A DNA stretch of 64,000 nt from Amphiscolops sp. MND2022 (lineage: Eukaryota), in NCBI GenBank assembly GCA_964187785.1, contig OZ076409.1:97342001-97406000 (forward strand). The letters are read 5' to 3'. Below the pieces are notes generated by a model. That model worked only from the letters and a program-made list of their open reading frames with translations. It ran no database searches and had not been told where the DNA came from. How positions within the stretch are numbered: the stretch's first letter is position 1; each line of letters begins with the position of its first letter. The translations under genes were made by a program, and so were the position numbers. Shown piece by piece: positions 47,968-60,763 of the stretch.

Positions 47968-49401
47968 TCATGAATGGGTTAAATGAGCGATAGCCATCAA
48001 AAAGTTCAGTGGAGCATCAGGGTTGTGATCATTGACTAGACGAAAAAATTTCTCGTCAATTTCGCGGTATTTTTTGCGGCCTTTATTCACTGTGCCCGTA
48101 GCTGCCTTCAAGAAGTTGAACTTCTGGTTGAAACTGTCTAATTTGATTTTGGCCAAAAATGTTGGAACTGGAGGATGGCTTCCGTGGAAAAGAGCAGTCA
48201 CTCCTAAATGCCAGCCTTCAACTGCATTTGTAGTTCTGACCAAACCGTCTGATGACTCCCGGTTTTGATTCCAAATCTCTACAGAAAACGTCGGCTTCTT
48301 CTCTGTCCGACCTAATTTTTCGCCTTTTATGTATGTTCTCTGGAAATACCCTGCCAAGTCATCAGTTTGTTCCGCTACTGTGTCTTCTAAGTTGAGCTGG
48401 TCCAATGACTTGCCAAGTTCTTCTATTACCAAGTTAAAGCACGGCTCCACGTCCTCAGGGGGAACGAAGGCTAACGCAGGAATCATTTTTAGACTCAAAG
48501 CGAAATCTGGGCAGTTTTCGTACACTGTTTTGAGTCCCAGCTCACCAATTTTTCTGTCGAAACTTTGACAGAGATGGAAATAGCATCCACTTGTTTTTGA
48601 CGAAGGATACATTTGGGTGAAAGCGTTTAGAGCAGCTTTCTCAAAATCGATTAAGATACGGGAGGGCTCACAGTCACCCGTCAGCATTTTAAGTGCTGCG
48701 ATAAACCGTTGGTAAGTCGTTTCCTTTTTATTGCTGAGCAATGCGTAAACACACGGTGGATAGAAGCCCCCCACTTGAATATGCACTGTGTAAAGTTGGT
48801 AGAACTGCAGAGGACAAATTTTGAATGTCCCGTCACATAACCAGGGGTTATTATACGTGGACAATGCTGCAACCATTGTTGCATCGCCAAAAATGAGAAT
48901 TTTTTCCTTGTCATCCATGCCGGAATCGAACAGGCAGAAGTCCTTGTACTCGTCAGGTAAGGCAAAGTTCCTCTCTGTGCAAGTTATGGCAATCTTACTG
49001 CTTTCATTGTTCTTCTGCTTCTGTCTGTTCAGAGCCCTATTCAATGCTGACCGCGATGGCATGGACAATTGAACAGAAACCTCATCAACCGTTGCTACTT
49101 GTGTTGCTATTACTGCAGAATTGACAGGATCTTGCTCATTTCTAGCGGTAAAGTTCATTCTCTCAACAATTTGCCGTGCTTCGGGTTTGCCAGGTACAAT
49201 ATCGTGGCTGTGATCGTTTTTACTTGAAAGCATACGATCTGCACAAGTGACAATTGTTGCTTTGCAGGAATGTGAGCGCCATTTTGAACATCTCCAGTGT
49301 GTTATTGTTTTTGTAGCGAGTTTTTTTGTGAACTCGTTGCCATTGAAAATAATCAACTTTTGACCTTTCTGGGTGGTTCCCCAAGTAAGTTCTGGTTCCA
49401 T
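47968..49401 (-). CDS. FLYWCH-MULE DDE transposase, 477 aa, intact
   Basis: FLYWCH-like WRC....C.A...H.H; WLCDGTFK, ILIDFEKA, GCYFHLCQ, RTTNAVEGWH motifs. Confidence 0.93.
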   Translation of the reverse strand: MEPELTWGTTQKGQKLIIFNGNEFTKKLATKTITHWRCSKWRSHSCKATIVTCADRMLSSKNDHSHDIVPGKPEARQIVERMNFTARNEQDPVNSAVIATQVATVDEVSVQLSMPSRSALNRALNRQKQKNNESSKIAITCTERNFALPDEYKDFCLFDSGMDDKEKILIFGDATMVAALSTYNNPWLCDGTFKICPLQFYQLYTVHIQVGGFYPPCVYALLSNKKETTYQRFIAALKMLTGDCEPSRILIDFEKAALNAFTQMYPSSKTSGCYFHLCQSFDRKIGELGLKTVYENCPDFALSLKMIPALAFVPPEDVEPCFNLVIEELGKSLDQLNLEDTVAEQTDDLAGYFQRTYIKGEKLGRTEKKPTFSVEIWNQNRESSDGLVRTTNAVEGWHLGVTALFHGSHPPVPTFLAKIKLDSFNQKFNFLKAATGTVNKGRKKYREIDEKFFRLVNDHNPDAPLNFLMAIAHLTHS

Positions 49402-51446
49402 TGCTTATATGATATTGAGATCGAAATCAACTTATAAGACTACTTTGCTATTGAAATGATTCGATGATGAATGAAACAATCTTGAATTTCGATCTTAGCT
49501 TCCCCATTCTCACCTTTTTGCTATTAATCATGGTTTCTATTCAAAATTGATGTTTAATACGTTGAAACACTTTTGTTTGTAGTATTTCAATAAAATTGTT
49601 CGTTCAGAATGTCATTATAGCAATTACGTTAATCAAGCCTGGCATTACTTAGAGATTTAACTGTAATTAGTCTGCTTTAGTTTGGGCTGCTTTGTTCTTG
49701 TTGGTTATAGTGTCACTTTGGCTGTTTTGGTATTGGCTATTTTGGCAATGGCTATTTTGGCATTGGCTATTTTGGCATTGGCTATTTTGGCATATTGGAT
49801 ATTATGGCATTGGCTATTTTGACCTTGGCTATTTTGACTTTGGTTATTTTGTCCTGCCACCGATTCATGCATTTAAGATTGTAAGACAGGATTTAAGTGG
49901 CAATGCCAGCATGTGAAAGAGGACCAGATACACTGAAATGTCTGAAAAGCCAAAGCTCAATTCATTTAAGTCTTGTTTCCAGATGATTTTTTTTTCTCTT
50001 TTTTTTTCAACTCTGTGCAGGGTCATTTCCATATTTTCGTAAAGTGGAAAAACTCGAAAAGAGATAAAAATTGAAAACGTTCGATAACGCTTAGTTTATT
50101 TAGGGCTTTCACTGGAGACAAAGTAAAACTTCTTCGACATGCTTGTTTATAAGACGATTCTTCGTGATTGAACGAACACTCTGCATCATTAGGCTCACCA
50201 AAGTTTGCAAATTTCGAACACAGATGCCTGAAACGATCCAAAATTACCATTGTTCGTGTTTTTACGAGCACTTTGTGTCAATAGAAATAAATTTAGCACT
50301 TTCTTTCTGGAAAATTTTCCTGAAGGTTGATTGTTTTGTCTTCGAAGTCTGTGAAAAATTAACCCATTGAGTTGTTTCAAAAACTCTATGACGCGCTGAA
50401 CTGGAATCTTTCGTTTTTGGGCACTTTCATGGATTTTTTGAAGAAAACGTCAATTTTGTTTCGTAAAAAGAATTCCTGGTAGCTAATATATTCTTCGTTG
50501 AAGTTCGTGTGTAATCTATTTCGCACCAAATTTAAAATCAGTTTTAAAATGCCACTAATTGCTCAAAAAAAGGCTCGTTCTGGGAGTTTTGTTTTTTTGG
50601 AGATCATTACGGGAAGTTTTTGTAACCGATATTGCCGATTGCTTTTCATAAAAGCGTGTATGATAGCTTGATGTTTTGGCATTGAACTTTTGGACTGTTG
50701 AGAAACTTTTGAAAGCATTCAAAACGGTAAAAAAATAGCTTGACAACGGTGAAAACCTGAATTTTTGAAGAGTTTTCAGGTGTTTTGTCATTTTTGGGGC
50801 ACTTTCAGAAGGCACTTCTTGAATAAAATCGTCGTAAAACGTTTTAACGGACATTAGGCTACGAAGCTAGTTTTGCTGCAGTCAAAATCTGTGTAAGGAC
50901 GTCTATAATTTGGGTATAAATTGTTGGGTAAAACAGGAGTTGAGAATATGTGTTGACTGATATATGGAAAAATGGGCAAAAAATATGGAAGTTGCTATCG
51001 ATAACTATGGTTGGAAAAAACTGAGAGGAGTCAAAGACATCATCGGCGACGCCTCCTACCAGATTGAGCTTAGTTTCCAAAGCCACGATCGTTGCCGAAA
51101 TATAACTGGTATCGACGGAATCCTACGAATTTGAATTTTGATTAGGTGATTAATTTAACGAGGACATTTTAATTATCCCCCTAGTCGCGACTGCTGCAAC
51201 TTTTTACATGCCTCACGCTTGCATGTAGGGTTACGTTTTATAAAACCTAGAAAATCAATTAGCACCCGGCAGTAAGTCTTGAAAGATTTCACTGAAAATT
51301 ACGCTTCGGCAATTAAATTAACTCCGAACGGAGAATCGCAAAAATATTTCCCATTTCGGTACCGGCACGATTACGTTGTATTCACACTTTCATATCTCGA
51401 ATACTCGTCTGATGTGATCACCGCTTCTCAAATAGCACCCTGAAGA

Positions 51447-52265
51447 TAGGACTGTGCAATTATCATTTTTCCGAGTTCGGTCGGTTATCGGTCGGTTATT
51501 TAAAAACTCGGTCGGTTATTTATAAACAAATGTGAACAAAACAGTAATTTTCAACTTCAGTTTTGAACAATTTACTTTATGCAACTTCCCAAAAAAACAA
51601 GTTCGCGGAAAGTTTCTTTGCGTGATGATGTTGCCTGAATCGGACCAATGTTTTTCACTAGCAACTGCTGTAGCTGGTATTCCAAGTAAAAACAGGGCCT
51701 TCAAGGTCTTAAAGTTTACCGTAAGAAAAAAGAGGAAATACTTGTCTTTTTTCTTTCCAGTAAACCAGTTTTTTCCAGCTTCAATCTAATTGGTTGAACA
51801 AATTTACCGAAGTCGGGTATATAACAGAGTTTTGACACCGCTAATCAGCAATTTAGCGAATTAGCGGCCGCGCAGGACTTTTTCAGCGATTTCATTAGCG
51901 ATTCAAATTAGCGGCAACTAATAGGTTGTCCAAATTCAAAATTTCTTCAGAGTTTATACGGAGTTTCAAAATGAATTTCGAAAAGGTCTGACTCTTACCC
52001 TTGTAAAAACCACACAATAGAAAATTTCTTGTCTTTTTTCTTGCAAAAACTTAATTAAGTCTTTTTAAAACATACTTAAAGTCAAACTTTTAATAGTTTG
52101 TAGAAAAAACTTTTCAGCGAAATAGCGATTTTAAAATTAGCAGTTTGGCGATTAGCGAAAAAAATTAGCGATGTCAAAACCGTGGTATATAATAAGTCGG
52201 TCGGTTTCGGTTATTGACAACTTCGGTCGGTTAATCGAGTTCGGTCGGTTAATTGCACAGCCCTA
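51447..52265 (-). mobile_element. hAT deletion derivative with dimerisation-domain remnant
   Basis: TIR TAGG(A/G)CTGTGCAATTA, 8-bp TSD CCTGAAGA; ORF 51516-51704 contains LLGIPATAVASEKHWSDSGNIIT, matching the hAT C-terminal IPATS..SER.FS..G motif. Confidence 0.85.
51825..52184. mobile_element. hAT-like MITE nested in the previous element
   Basis: TIR CAGAGTTTTGACA / TGTCAAAACCGTG, 8-bp TSD GTATATAA, internal TTAGCG repeats. Confidence 0.8.
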
Positions 52266-52727
52266 CCTGAAGATGACGCTAGTTGTCAGTCGATAACGTC
52301 ACTGAAGTCACTTTGCTATAAATCAGCAGTAAAATTGATAACTTCTCAGCTGCCTTTGAAAATAGGACTAATGCATAATGAAACCTGCAAATCTTCACTA
52401 TATAAAAAAGAAGTCAAATTTAGGAATGCAACAGTTTAACATTTTCGCATGAAATTTTCTGTAAGAAATTGCGACAAAATTTGCAATTTTGAAGAACATG
52501 CCAAAAGTTCAAGCAAATTCAACAGTGGCCACCTTTCTACTCCATGAAAACTATTGTAAGACTGTTTCTGCGCTGAAGTTGTTGAGTTGTTGAGTTCCGT
52601 GCTGAAGAACGAAAATAATTTCAGTGTGTTTTCAATTTTAGTCGGCACATTTTATTAGAAAATAGACGCGACTGTTACAATGGCTAGTTTTTTTCGCTAG
52701 ATACAGAATGTATGCAGCGTAGTGGGT

Positions 52728-52952
52728 ACTTTTTACAGAAACTACAATAACCAATAAACTACCGGACCCGTCAAGTGCGGCCAGCGAAAACCCATTCCAT
52801 TTTCAACGTAACATAGAAAACTGGACGATAGTAAAGTTTCTAACTTTACTATCGTCCAGTTTTCTATGTTACGTTTAAAATGGAATGGGTTTTCGCTGGC
52901 CGCACTTGACGGGTCCGGTAGTTTATTGGTTATTGTAGTTTCTGTAAAAAGT
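52728..52952. repeat. 225-bp near-perfect palindrome
   Basis: 111-bp arms, one mismatch, 3-nt centre TCT (52839-52841). Confidence 0.95.
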
Positions 52953-53099
52953 TCTCCTTTCAATTTTTTGAATATTTGGCAATAGAACGGATGTCAAAGC
53001 ATCCAGAAGTTTTCTCCTTTTGCATTTTCGGCACTAAGAGACTGTTCAAAAATCTCATTTTTCGTCTCATATTAGGTTTCTCACTATATATTTTTTTCA

Positions 53100-53585
53100 A
53101 TACCATCTGAATTTTTGACGTCATATCCGAAACAAATTGCGTTTCACTAAAGATATGGAGTTCCAAAAATATTGCCCTAAATCCGAAATTTTAACTTTAT
53201 ATGCGAACTATATTGCGTTTTACTAATGAGGAGGTTGATGTTCAAAAACCATGTTCCCATTTGTCTCAGGGCACTATATTCGAACTTTTGATGGTTTATC
53301 TGAAGTCATTTGCGTTTTAATGAGAAGGCGTAGGTTCGAAAAAACGCTAACATTTGTTTCAGCACGCTATACCCGAACGTTTGACGTTATATACGAAGTA
53401 TTTTGCACTTTACTAAGGAGGAAGCGGAGGATCAAAATTAATGCGCTATATCCGAAATTTGACGTTATATTCGAAGTAAATTGCGTTTTCGTCAGTGAGA
53501 CGCCGAGGGCCAAGGTTCAAAAAAACGCTCCCATGTGCGCCCAGCAAGCTTTATCCGAACTTTTGAAGCGTTGTTCGAGCACTAC
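53100..53585. repeat. Degenerate tandem repeat, about 6 units of 75-110 bp
   Basis: Recurring ATCCGAA.TTTGACGTTATAT.CGAAGT.A.TTGCGTTTT. Confidence 0.6.
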
Positions 53586-55371
53586 AAACCCTGTTTTGAA
53601 GCTTCTTTACTATTTTGAAAGCTACTTAATTGAGACCCATTCATTACGATACATACGCCGCAAAAGTGTACTTTTTCATCTAGTGTAATGTGTTTTTCCC
53701 GTAGAACGAGAGCGAACCGTATTCTAGTCAAACAGTGCAATTTGTTCATCGCAAATTTTGATGCACAGTGTAATCAGAAATTGCGGATTGTGATCATTGA
53801 GCGTAATTAGAGAAAAGTGGAAACCAGTCAAGAATGTTCAACCTACCATTGACTCAATTCCGTAATGTGTGTGAAGCGTAAATTAGTCAACCTCAGACTA
53901 AAATTCACTTTTCGAGTACTTAGGAAGATCATTCATTGAAAACGGTGAAATTGATCAAAGTTTGACTACTTTACACCAACCAAAGAATACATCCTATAGC
54001 TTTCTTATTCAACAAAAACGCTTCACGTTGTAATTGCAGTCGGTAATTAGTTTGACTGTTTCACACTTTGACTGGTAACCACTAACTTGACTAATTTACA
54101 CAATTACATGCGTGAATTCACAAGAGAAGCCATGAGAACAGAAAAGAGCCATAATGTAATATGTATTTTCTATAGAAATATTGTGTAAAGATTGAGATTA
54201 TTTTATGGTTAGGGGTATGTTGGAAAATATACAATAAGTGTTTATAATACAGCAATGATAACTGTGGAACAGGCTGTTCCTCAAAATTCCTCGAAACTTC
54301 TCAACTGATGAAGACGTTGGAAATGGATTTGTTATCACCTTACCACTACCGCTAAATAGATTTTAAAAACTGAATCAGATGGTGTACAGAGCGCAACCCG
54401 ATTGTCAACGCGGATTTGATGTCTGAGAGATCAAAAAAATTGTTTTGTTTTCGTTCTTTTTGGAACACATTGAGCCTATTATGTTGAAAATTTTCAATCT
54501 TTCAAATGATTGACAGCTGATTCCGCAACCGAAACAATCATCAAGTCCAGGGTTTGTTTATAGTTTCTCGACAAACGGAAATATTTTAGAAACGTGTCTT
54601 TGAATTAATGGAGCGTTCATGCAATTACATATTTCCCAGTGAGAGCGCGCAGCAAGCCGGCACGTCATCAGACCGACAATTTGAAATTGAGTCAAGAAGC
54701 CAACACAATATATCTGGTTGGTCCAAAACTAATTGCTCACTGATCATGCCAGTAAGCAAAATTTTTAAATTGAAACATTATGATTGGAATTCTCGTGATT
54801 GAATTCAAATCACTCAGAATTCAATACTAATCATCATTGAATCAATACTGATGTTTTCCGACAATAACTGAAACATCTAGCAGGTGAAATTGATCCATTG
54901 CAATCTTCACAACAATGTTTATAAAACCATTTTTAATATAGGTAAACCCCTGACTCAGAAAACGCGTAAAATAGTCAAGTTCAATACTGAGCTACACTAA
55001 TTGACTAATTTACACCACGTAATTAGTAAGACGGCGTAATTCAGTCAAAATGCGTAGTGGAAATTTGCGTAATTCAGTCAAAGTGCGTAGTACTGCATAA
55101 ATGCGTAATTCAGTCAATCAGTTTAAATTTATGGACCGGAAAATAGTGTAAACCGGTCCATTAGTGAATTTTAGTCATTCAGTGTAACTAATTATCACTT
55201 GGTGTAATATGAGAAAAGTGTAAAACTATTTATAATAATAACTCACTGTGATTGGTTATTAATGCAAGTCGCAAGATCTGAGAACTTGCTTGCGGGTATA
55301 TGTATCGTAATGAAGTACTCATTCCGAGTTTGGAATTCAAACTTGAATGAATTGTGCAGTTGTTTTCACTA

Positions 55372-55775
55372 CCCAACGTTCGCCATCTTGAATAACTTGC
55401 CAAGATCTTTCAAGATCTTGCCAGGATCTTGCCAAGATCTTCCAAGATCTTGCAAGTTTTGGGAAGATCTTCGAACAACTCCAAGATCTTGTCAAGATAT
55501 CCAATATGAAATGCAAGATCGTACCAAAAAATCCAATATAGATTCCAAGAATATATTTGTCTAATATGTAGTTTTTCTACAAGCAACGCTTCTTCCAGAA
55601 ACTGAATAATGTCCTTACTCTGAGGTGGAGGCTCTCTGCTGATGTGGATTTATATAACACACGTGACAGGACTCAAGATATGCAAGATGTCCAAGATCTT
55701 GTCAAGATATCTAAGATGAAATCCAAGATCTTACCAAGAAATTCAAGGTGGCATGACAAGATGTGGAACGCTGGG
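55372..55775. mobile_element. MITE with CAAGATCTTG subterminal repeats
   Basis: TIR CCCAACGTTC / GAACGCTGGG flanked by TA on both sides. Confidence 0.65.
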
Positions 55776-57228
55776 TAGCTATTATATCTACTATCGCATT
55801 GCTGATGCGTCGATCCAATGGATCGGCTTGCTGGATCGCCTTCAATTATCTAGGATCGTGGCACCCATGTTTTTTGTTGAAACCAATTAGTTTCATGTAA
55901 ACCTAAGTTCGCAGGATTCGAGCAATGATGCCAGAGGAAATGCAATTCCCATGAATGATCTGGACGCTTCCAATTACCAGTACGCTGTATTGTTTTACAT
56001 TTTGTTGCGAAATCTGATGAAAGGGAGTCTCATAAAAAGCGTTTTTTAAGTGTATTGTGGAATAAATAAAAAAGAAGACAGCTTATATCCGCAATTCCCA
56101 GTTCCGTTTTCCTAATTCGGTGCCCTTTCGGGTTGTGGATGTGCTCCGATATTAAATTCCCCCGAAAAAGGTTGAGAGTACTACTAACTTCAGAACTACA
56201 ACTTGGCAAACTCTTTTTATTGCATTTACAATGTTGGATGCTGCATCGGGCATCTGACATAATCCACTTTCAAATTGCGCAATAAGTAAGTTACGTAATG
56301 CCAATAAGTATGACAGCAAGCGGCATTTTGCTTGGTACTACAAAGAAATGCAAAGATTGTCTTTTTTGATGAAAGCTTTTTGTAGTGAATAAAAACAGGA
56401 ACTGCTAATGTGTCAGGAGATGAATTTATTCCTTAAAAGGAAATGAATTGGAAAATGATAGGGCAAAAAAGTATATGAACACAGAGATGGTACAAAAGTC
56501 CACAAAGTAGGGCACGTGAATAAATTTGTGCCCATCGATCGATCGGCTATAACCAAAGTAGAGCAAAAGGTTACAAAGCGCGGGAAAACAAAGCCTATCT
56601 CTTCCATGCAAATATTCTCACACAGTGTAATCTTTTATTACTTCCTTCCCATTATTTATCTTTCCCGGGGGTTTTTTGATGCAAAACGTGCAGAAAAATT
56701 ACCATTTCAAAGAACAGTGATGATAAAAGAAAGTTTAGATTTTGTCATAGAGTCACTTTTTAGCAGCGCAAACAGGAAACTTAAAGGCTTTCATTGGCTG
56801 AATATCAAGGTTGAAATAATTGCTGATTTGTATCGTGCTGGAATTTCAGGAAAATTGCGACTGAAAAGACACATAAAACTGTTGTATTTAACAGCGCAAC
56901 CTGATTATATGGCTTGTAATTGGGTTTATAAACAAAAATGTCCCTTCTCAAAGACCGACGGAAGCATAGGAAGTAATTTTGCATGTAGATTTCATTGGGA
57001 AAATGGTGAAATAGGTTCAGTTCTATTAATCGACGTTTACTGTGAATCTTACTTCTTAGTAATTTGCAGTTAGGCGGGACAGTTTCCACACATTGGCAAA
57101 GCACTGCTTGTATAAAATGTTCTGTCATCTATCAAAGCAGTTGGAAAATTGATACCTATAATTGTGTGATAACTAAGCCCAACATAAAATCACGCACGTG
57201 AAATAGCGTGATTTTCTAGCCAATTGGA

Positions 57229-57870
57229 ATGCTCCGTTCTAGGCGTTCTCACGCAAGAGGCGTTCTAGGCAAATGGACATGCATGATGTCCGATGTGAAA
57301 AATGTTGATATAATGTTAGGGAGTTATTCAAGAGATGATGAAAGGAATGATCACAGTGAAAATGAACTAAATAGGGACTCAGGGTCCAGTAGGCCACAGC
57401 GAAGTTCCAACTTGGTAGGAGAGGATTTTAGATCACTGCTCAATACAAATAGTAGAGAAAATAGCGAAGTGACGATAGAGACAACTAGGATGATTAGGGA
57501 AGAGATTTCTAATCAAATGTCCAGGAAACTCAGTGATATCAAATCTAGCTCAAATTCTCAGATACAAGACGCAATTACCACGGCAATAGTCGAGAAAGTG
57601 ATTCCTTCTATCCAAAGTACGTTAGATATGCAGGGGAGAACTAATTTCACCGTGGTGGACCGGGGGTCCTGTGGGCTACAAGAGAGCCCAAGAGCGACTA
57701 GTTTCACCACGGTGGACCGAAGGTCCAGTGGGCTACAATGGAACCCCGAAGTTGAAAATAGCCAAAAAAACGTGGGAAAATCGCCCCAAAACGTGTTTTA
57801 CGCAGGAAAATTGTAGACGTATGTCTAGAGAGAGTTCAGTAGACTCTTATACCGGTGAACAACCCTGCGA
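57229..57870 (+). mobile_element. Probable LTR fragment of another family carrying a Gag-N-terminus-like ORF
   Basis: 195-aa ORF with a helical IREEISNQMSRKL segment like the LTR ORF of element A; region ends in CTGCGACA, an LTR-like terminus. No partner LTR or TSD found. Confidence 0.35.
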
Positions 57871-58433
57871 CATCGGATAGGACCTAAACTCATTGTATTC
57901 TTGTAGAAAAAAGTCTAAAATTCGAGGACAGCGATTGGATGCAAACCCGTGCTTGAAACTTATGTTTTTACCGGACTTACGGGTTAAACCATCGGTGACT
58001 ACAGGTGAAGTTATCGATGTCCAAAAGCTGCGGGTATCACCTCGGTGGTCCACCGGTGAAACCACTCAGTTAAGAAAGACGACAAAATAATATTGTTTGT
58101 CCCGACATATCACGAGAAAGTTTTACCCAAAAAGCAGTTGATAGGTAATCACAAAACTTGCTATAGAGCTTCTTCATTTGAAAAAAGGATCCCTAGTTAA
58201 AAAGAGATCACAGAAAAAGGAGCCCCAGTTAAAAAACCGCATTTATTGCTAAAGTCTCACAAATAAGTTTGTAAGATCCTCTTAAAAAATGCATTATTTG
58301 ACACTATCTCTGAGATCTTTCTGAGATTTGTAAATTTTAAAAAATTCTTACAAAAACTGTATCGTTTGATTTGAGGAAAATTCAATGAGCTCATTTTTGA
58401 ATACTACGAAATTGAAGCGTTTATGGTCATTAT

Positions 58434-58916
58434 CAAGCTTTCAAAAGTTAACTGCGCGTAAACCAATCAATTATTTTTTCCAATCAATTAATTGAATTTT
58501 CTCAAACTAACCAATCAATTAATTGAATAATTACAATTAATTGCTTTAAGAAAAAAAACTTCATTATTCCAGAAAGAATGATTCACTTTCAAAAAAAGTT
58601 GCATTTCAAGGTCTATGGGCAATTGCATATCCGGCAGAATTGAAAAACCTTTCTATAATATCAGACGTTGGCAAAATAAAATCTGGTAAATGATTGTAAT
58701 TCCCTTTATACGAACAGCTAATAGATAGATTTTATAATTAAATACTTGAAATTTGTCAGTTTCTGGCTTTTGGTTTTTCTAAAATATAATTGCAATTAAT
58801 TGCAATTAATTGTATTCAAATCAATCAATTTTTTAATTGCCTAAATTTATACGATTAAATTTTAAACCAACTTAATTGCAATTAATTGGAAATCAATTAA
58901 TTTTTGAAAGCCCTTG
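58434..58916. mobile_element. Degenerate hAT-like MITE with CAATTAATTG repeats
   Basis: Ends CAAGCTTTCAAAAG / TTTTTGAAAGCCCTTG; same internal motif as 61295-61784. Confidence 0.5.
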
Positions 58917-59392
58917 ATCCAGCAGCAGCTGAATAGTTCAATTCAGGAGATGTTAATTCCAAAAAAATGCTCGTTGCTTGGAAGTCGTTCATTGTTTGTT
59001 AAATGGTTAGTTCAGTATTGAATCCACTGAAAACTAATAAAACACTTGAATGGCTCTGTACAAAAGGTAATGTCCAGTACCAATAAAAAACAATCATTTA
59101 CTTTGCCATTGGTAATACACATAGTTGAACTATCTCAAAACCTCTCCTTCGTGTTATAATCTATATCTTCGACATGATAATTGGATTACAAGTTAGCAGC
59201 AATATAATGAAGAGTACTACTAGATTTGCCCGTTGAAACTTTACATCACAAATATTTCAATGTTCCACCGATTTTTTATTGCAGCTTTCTGTTTGATAAG
59301 TGAGTATTGGCTGGAAAATTCCATTCATTTTTACAATGTGCCTTTTCAAGCCATCCGTAGCTACAAATCATATCAAATTGAAAAAACATGAC

Positions 59393-59664
59393 GGACCATG
59401 TGTTCAATTTAAGAAATTTTTTACGAGAAATTTACTCTTGGAACAAGCTAAAATTGTATAAAAAGGCCCCTACTTCTACGCAAATTTTCTCGGGTATAAA
59501 ATCTAATGAGCAACTTTTAACTGACAATCAATATAATGGATAGGATTATGTCGACATCAATTATTTTATAGGACCAAAATTCTAACGCAAATGTCGACAT
59601 AATGGTATTTGAGCCTTGTGTCTTATTTTCCCCCTGCGACCGTTTGTAATTGAACACATGGTCC
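59393..59664. mobile_element. MITE with 17-bp perfect TIR
   Basis: GGACCATGTGTTCAATT ... AATTGAACACATGGTCC. Confidence 0.7.
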
Positions 59665-60147
59665 AAAGCGACAACTCATATCAAATGATAACTCATATAA
59701 ATTAGGAAAAAGCGACAACTCATACCAGATTTACCAAAAGGTTACAAATATCTAAAATTAACTTCAAGAACAACTTATAATTAACTGCAATTAGAATTTC
59801 CAATTTTTTAAATTTGACATGAGTTGTCGCATTTTCAAATTGATGAGTTGTCGCTCATTGTACGTTCATTGTATCCTTGCATAAATAATTTTAAATTCGT
59901 AAAAAAAGTATCAAAGAATCCCAAACAAAAATGTGTGTTTTGTTTTCCACTCATCTTCATCACAAAGACGCTGAAAAAGAAAATTACCCATTTCGAACAA
60001 TGAAGTCAAAATGCATTTAAAACGATGAAATTCGTGCAATTTGGCTGGTTGAAAAGGAAAAAATTTTGTGTGGGGGTAATTAATGGAAAAGGTTCCAATA
60101 TAAAATCGATGGAAAAATCATGCGAACTGGGATAATCACAAGTTCAT

Positions 60148-60633
60148 AACAAGACGGGATCGTCTCAAGTCGGCGCCATATCTAAGGCTCAAAAATATTC
60201 AAGGAACAACTATTGGAAATATTTGAAAACTTTTTTGAAAAAGTATTTTTTTAAAAAGTCGCACAATGCCGAAAAACTCAAAAAGAGGCAATTCAGGCTC
60301 ATTAAACGTTTTTACAGACCGAAAACTTCAAAAAAATGCAAGGGGGTACCTTTTGATAGAATCCGAAAATTAAAAAAAAGTCGCATAGTGCCGAAAAAAA
60401 CCAGACGAAAAAAAAACTTTGGTCTCGCATCTACTTTTGGAAGCATAAAAAACTTTGTGGTTTAGTGCGAGAATCGATCCCATGATCCCCTGCTTCTCAG
60501 AAAATTAGTTGAACAAATGAACAAAAGATTGTAAAAAAGTGGACCATTCAGAGTGAGATTGTCAGCTGAAAAAAAAACAACCCACTGTAATAGTCGGGCT
60601 TTTTTCCTTAAGGGAAAAGGCGCCGACTAAAAA
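60148..60633 (-). mobile_element. HINE/DINE-1-like repeat, full length
   Basis: AACAAG...AGTCGGCGCC at the left; TAGTCGG..TTTTCCTTAAGGGAAAAGGCGCCGACTAAAAA at the right. Confidence 0.6.
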
Positions 60634-60763
60634 GCAGGCTGAAATCAAAATTTCAACTGGAAGCTACCATTTTAATTGTGGTTAATTTTAGGATATAAGG
60701 TAAAGAATGACTGAAATAATTCAATGATGTAGAGTAAGTAAGTCGAGTCTTTGTTATTAGTTG

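Larger units (their letters stand above)
47142..49861 (-). mobile_element. Complete Mutator-like (MULE) DNA transposon, 2720 bp
   Basis: 9-bp TSD GATTCATGC (47133-47141, 49862-49870); imperfect TIR GGTTACATGTCAGAATATCC / GGTGGCAGGACAAAATAACC; inverted subterminal arrays of CAAAATAGCCAA units. Confidence 0.92.

Noticed and set aside
56516..57073. 185-aa ORF
   Set aside because: GTG start, no recognisable domain or clear splice context.
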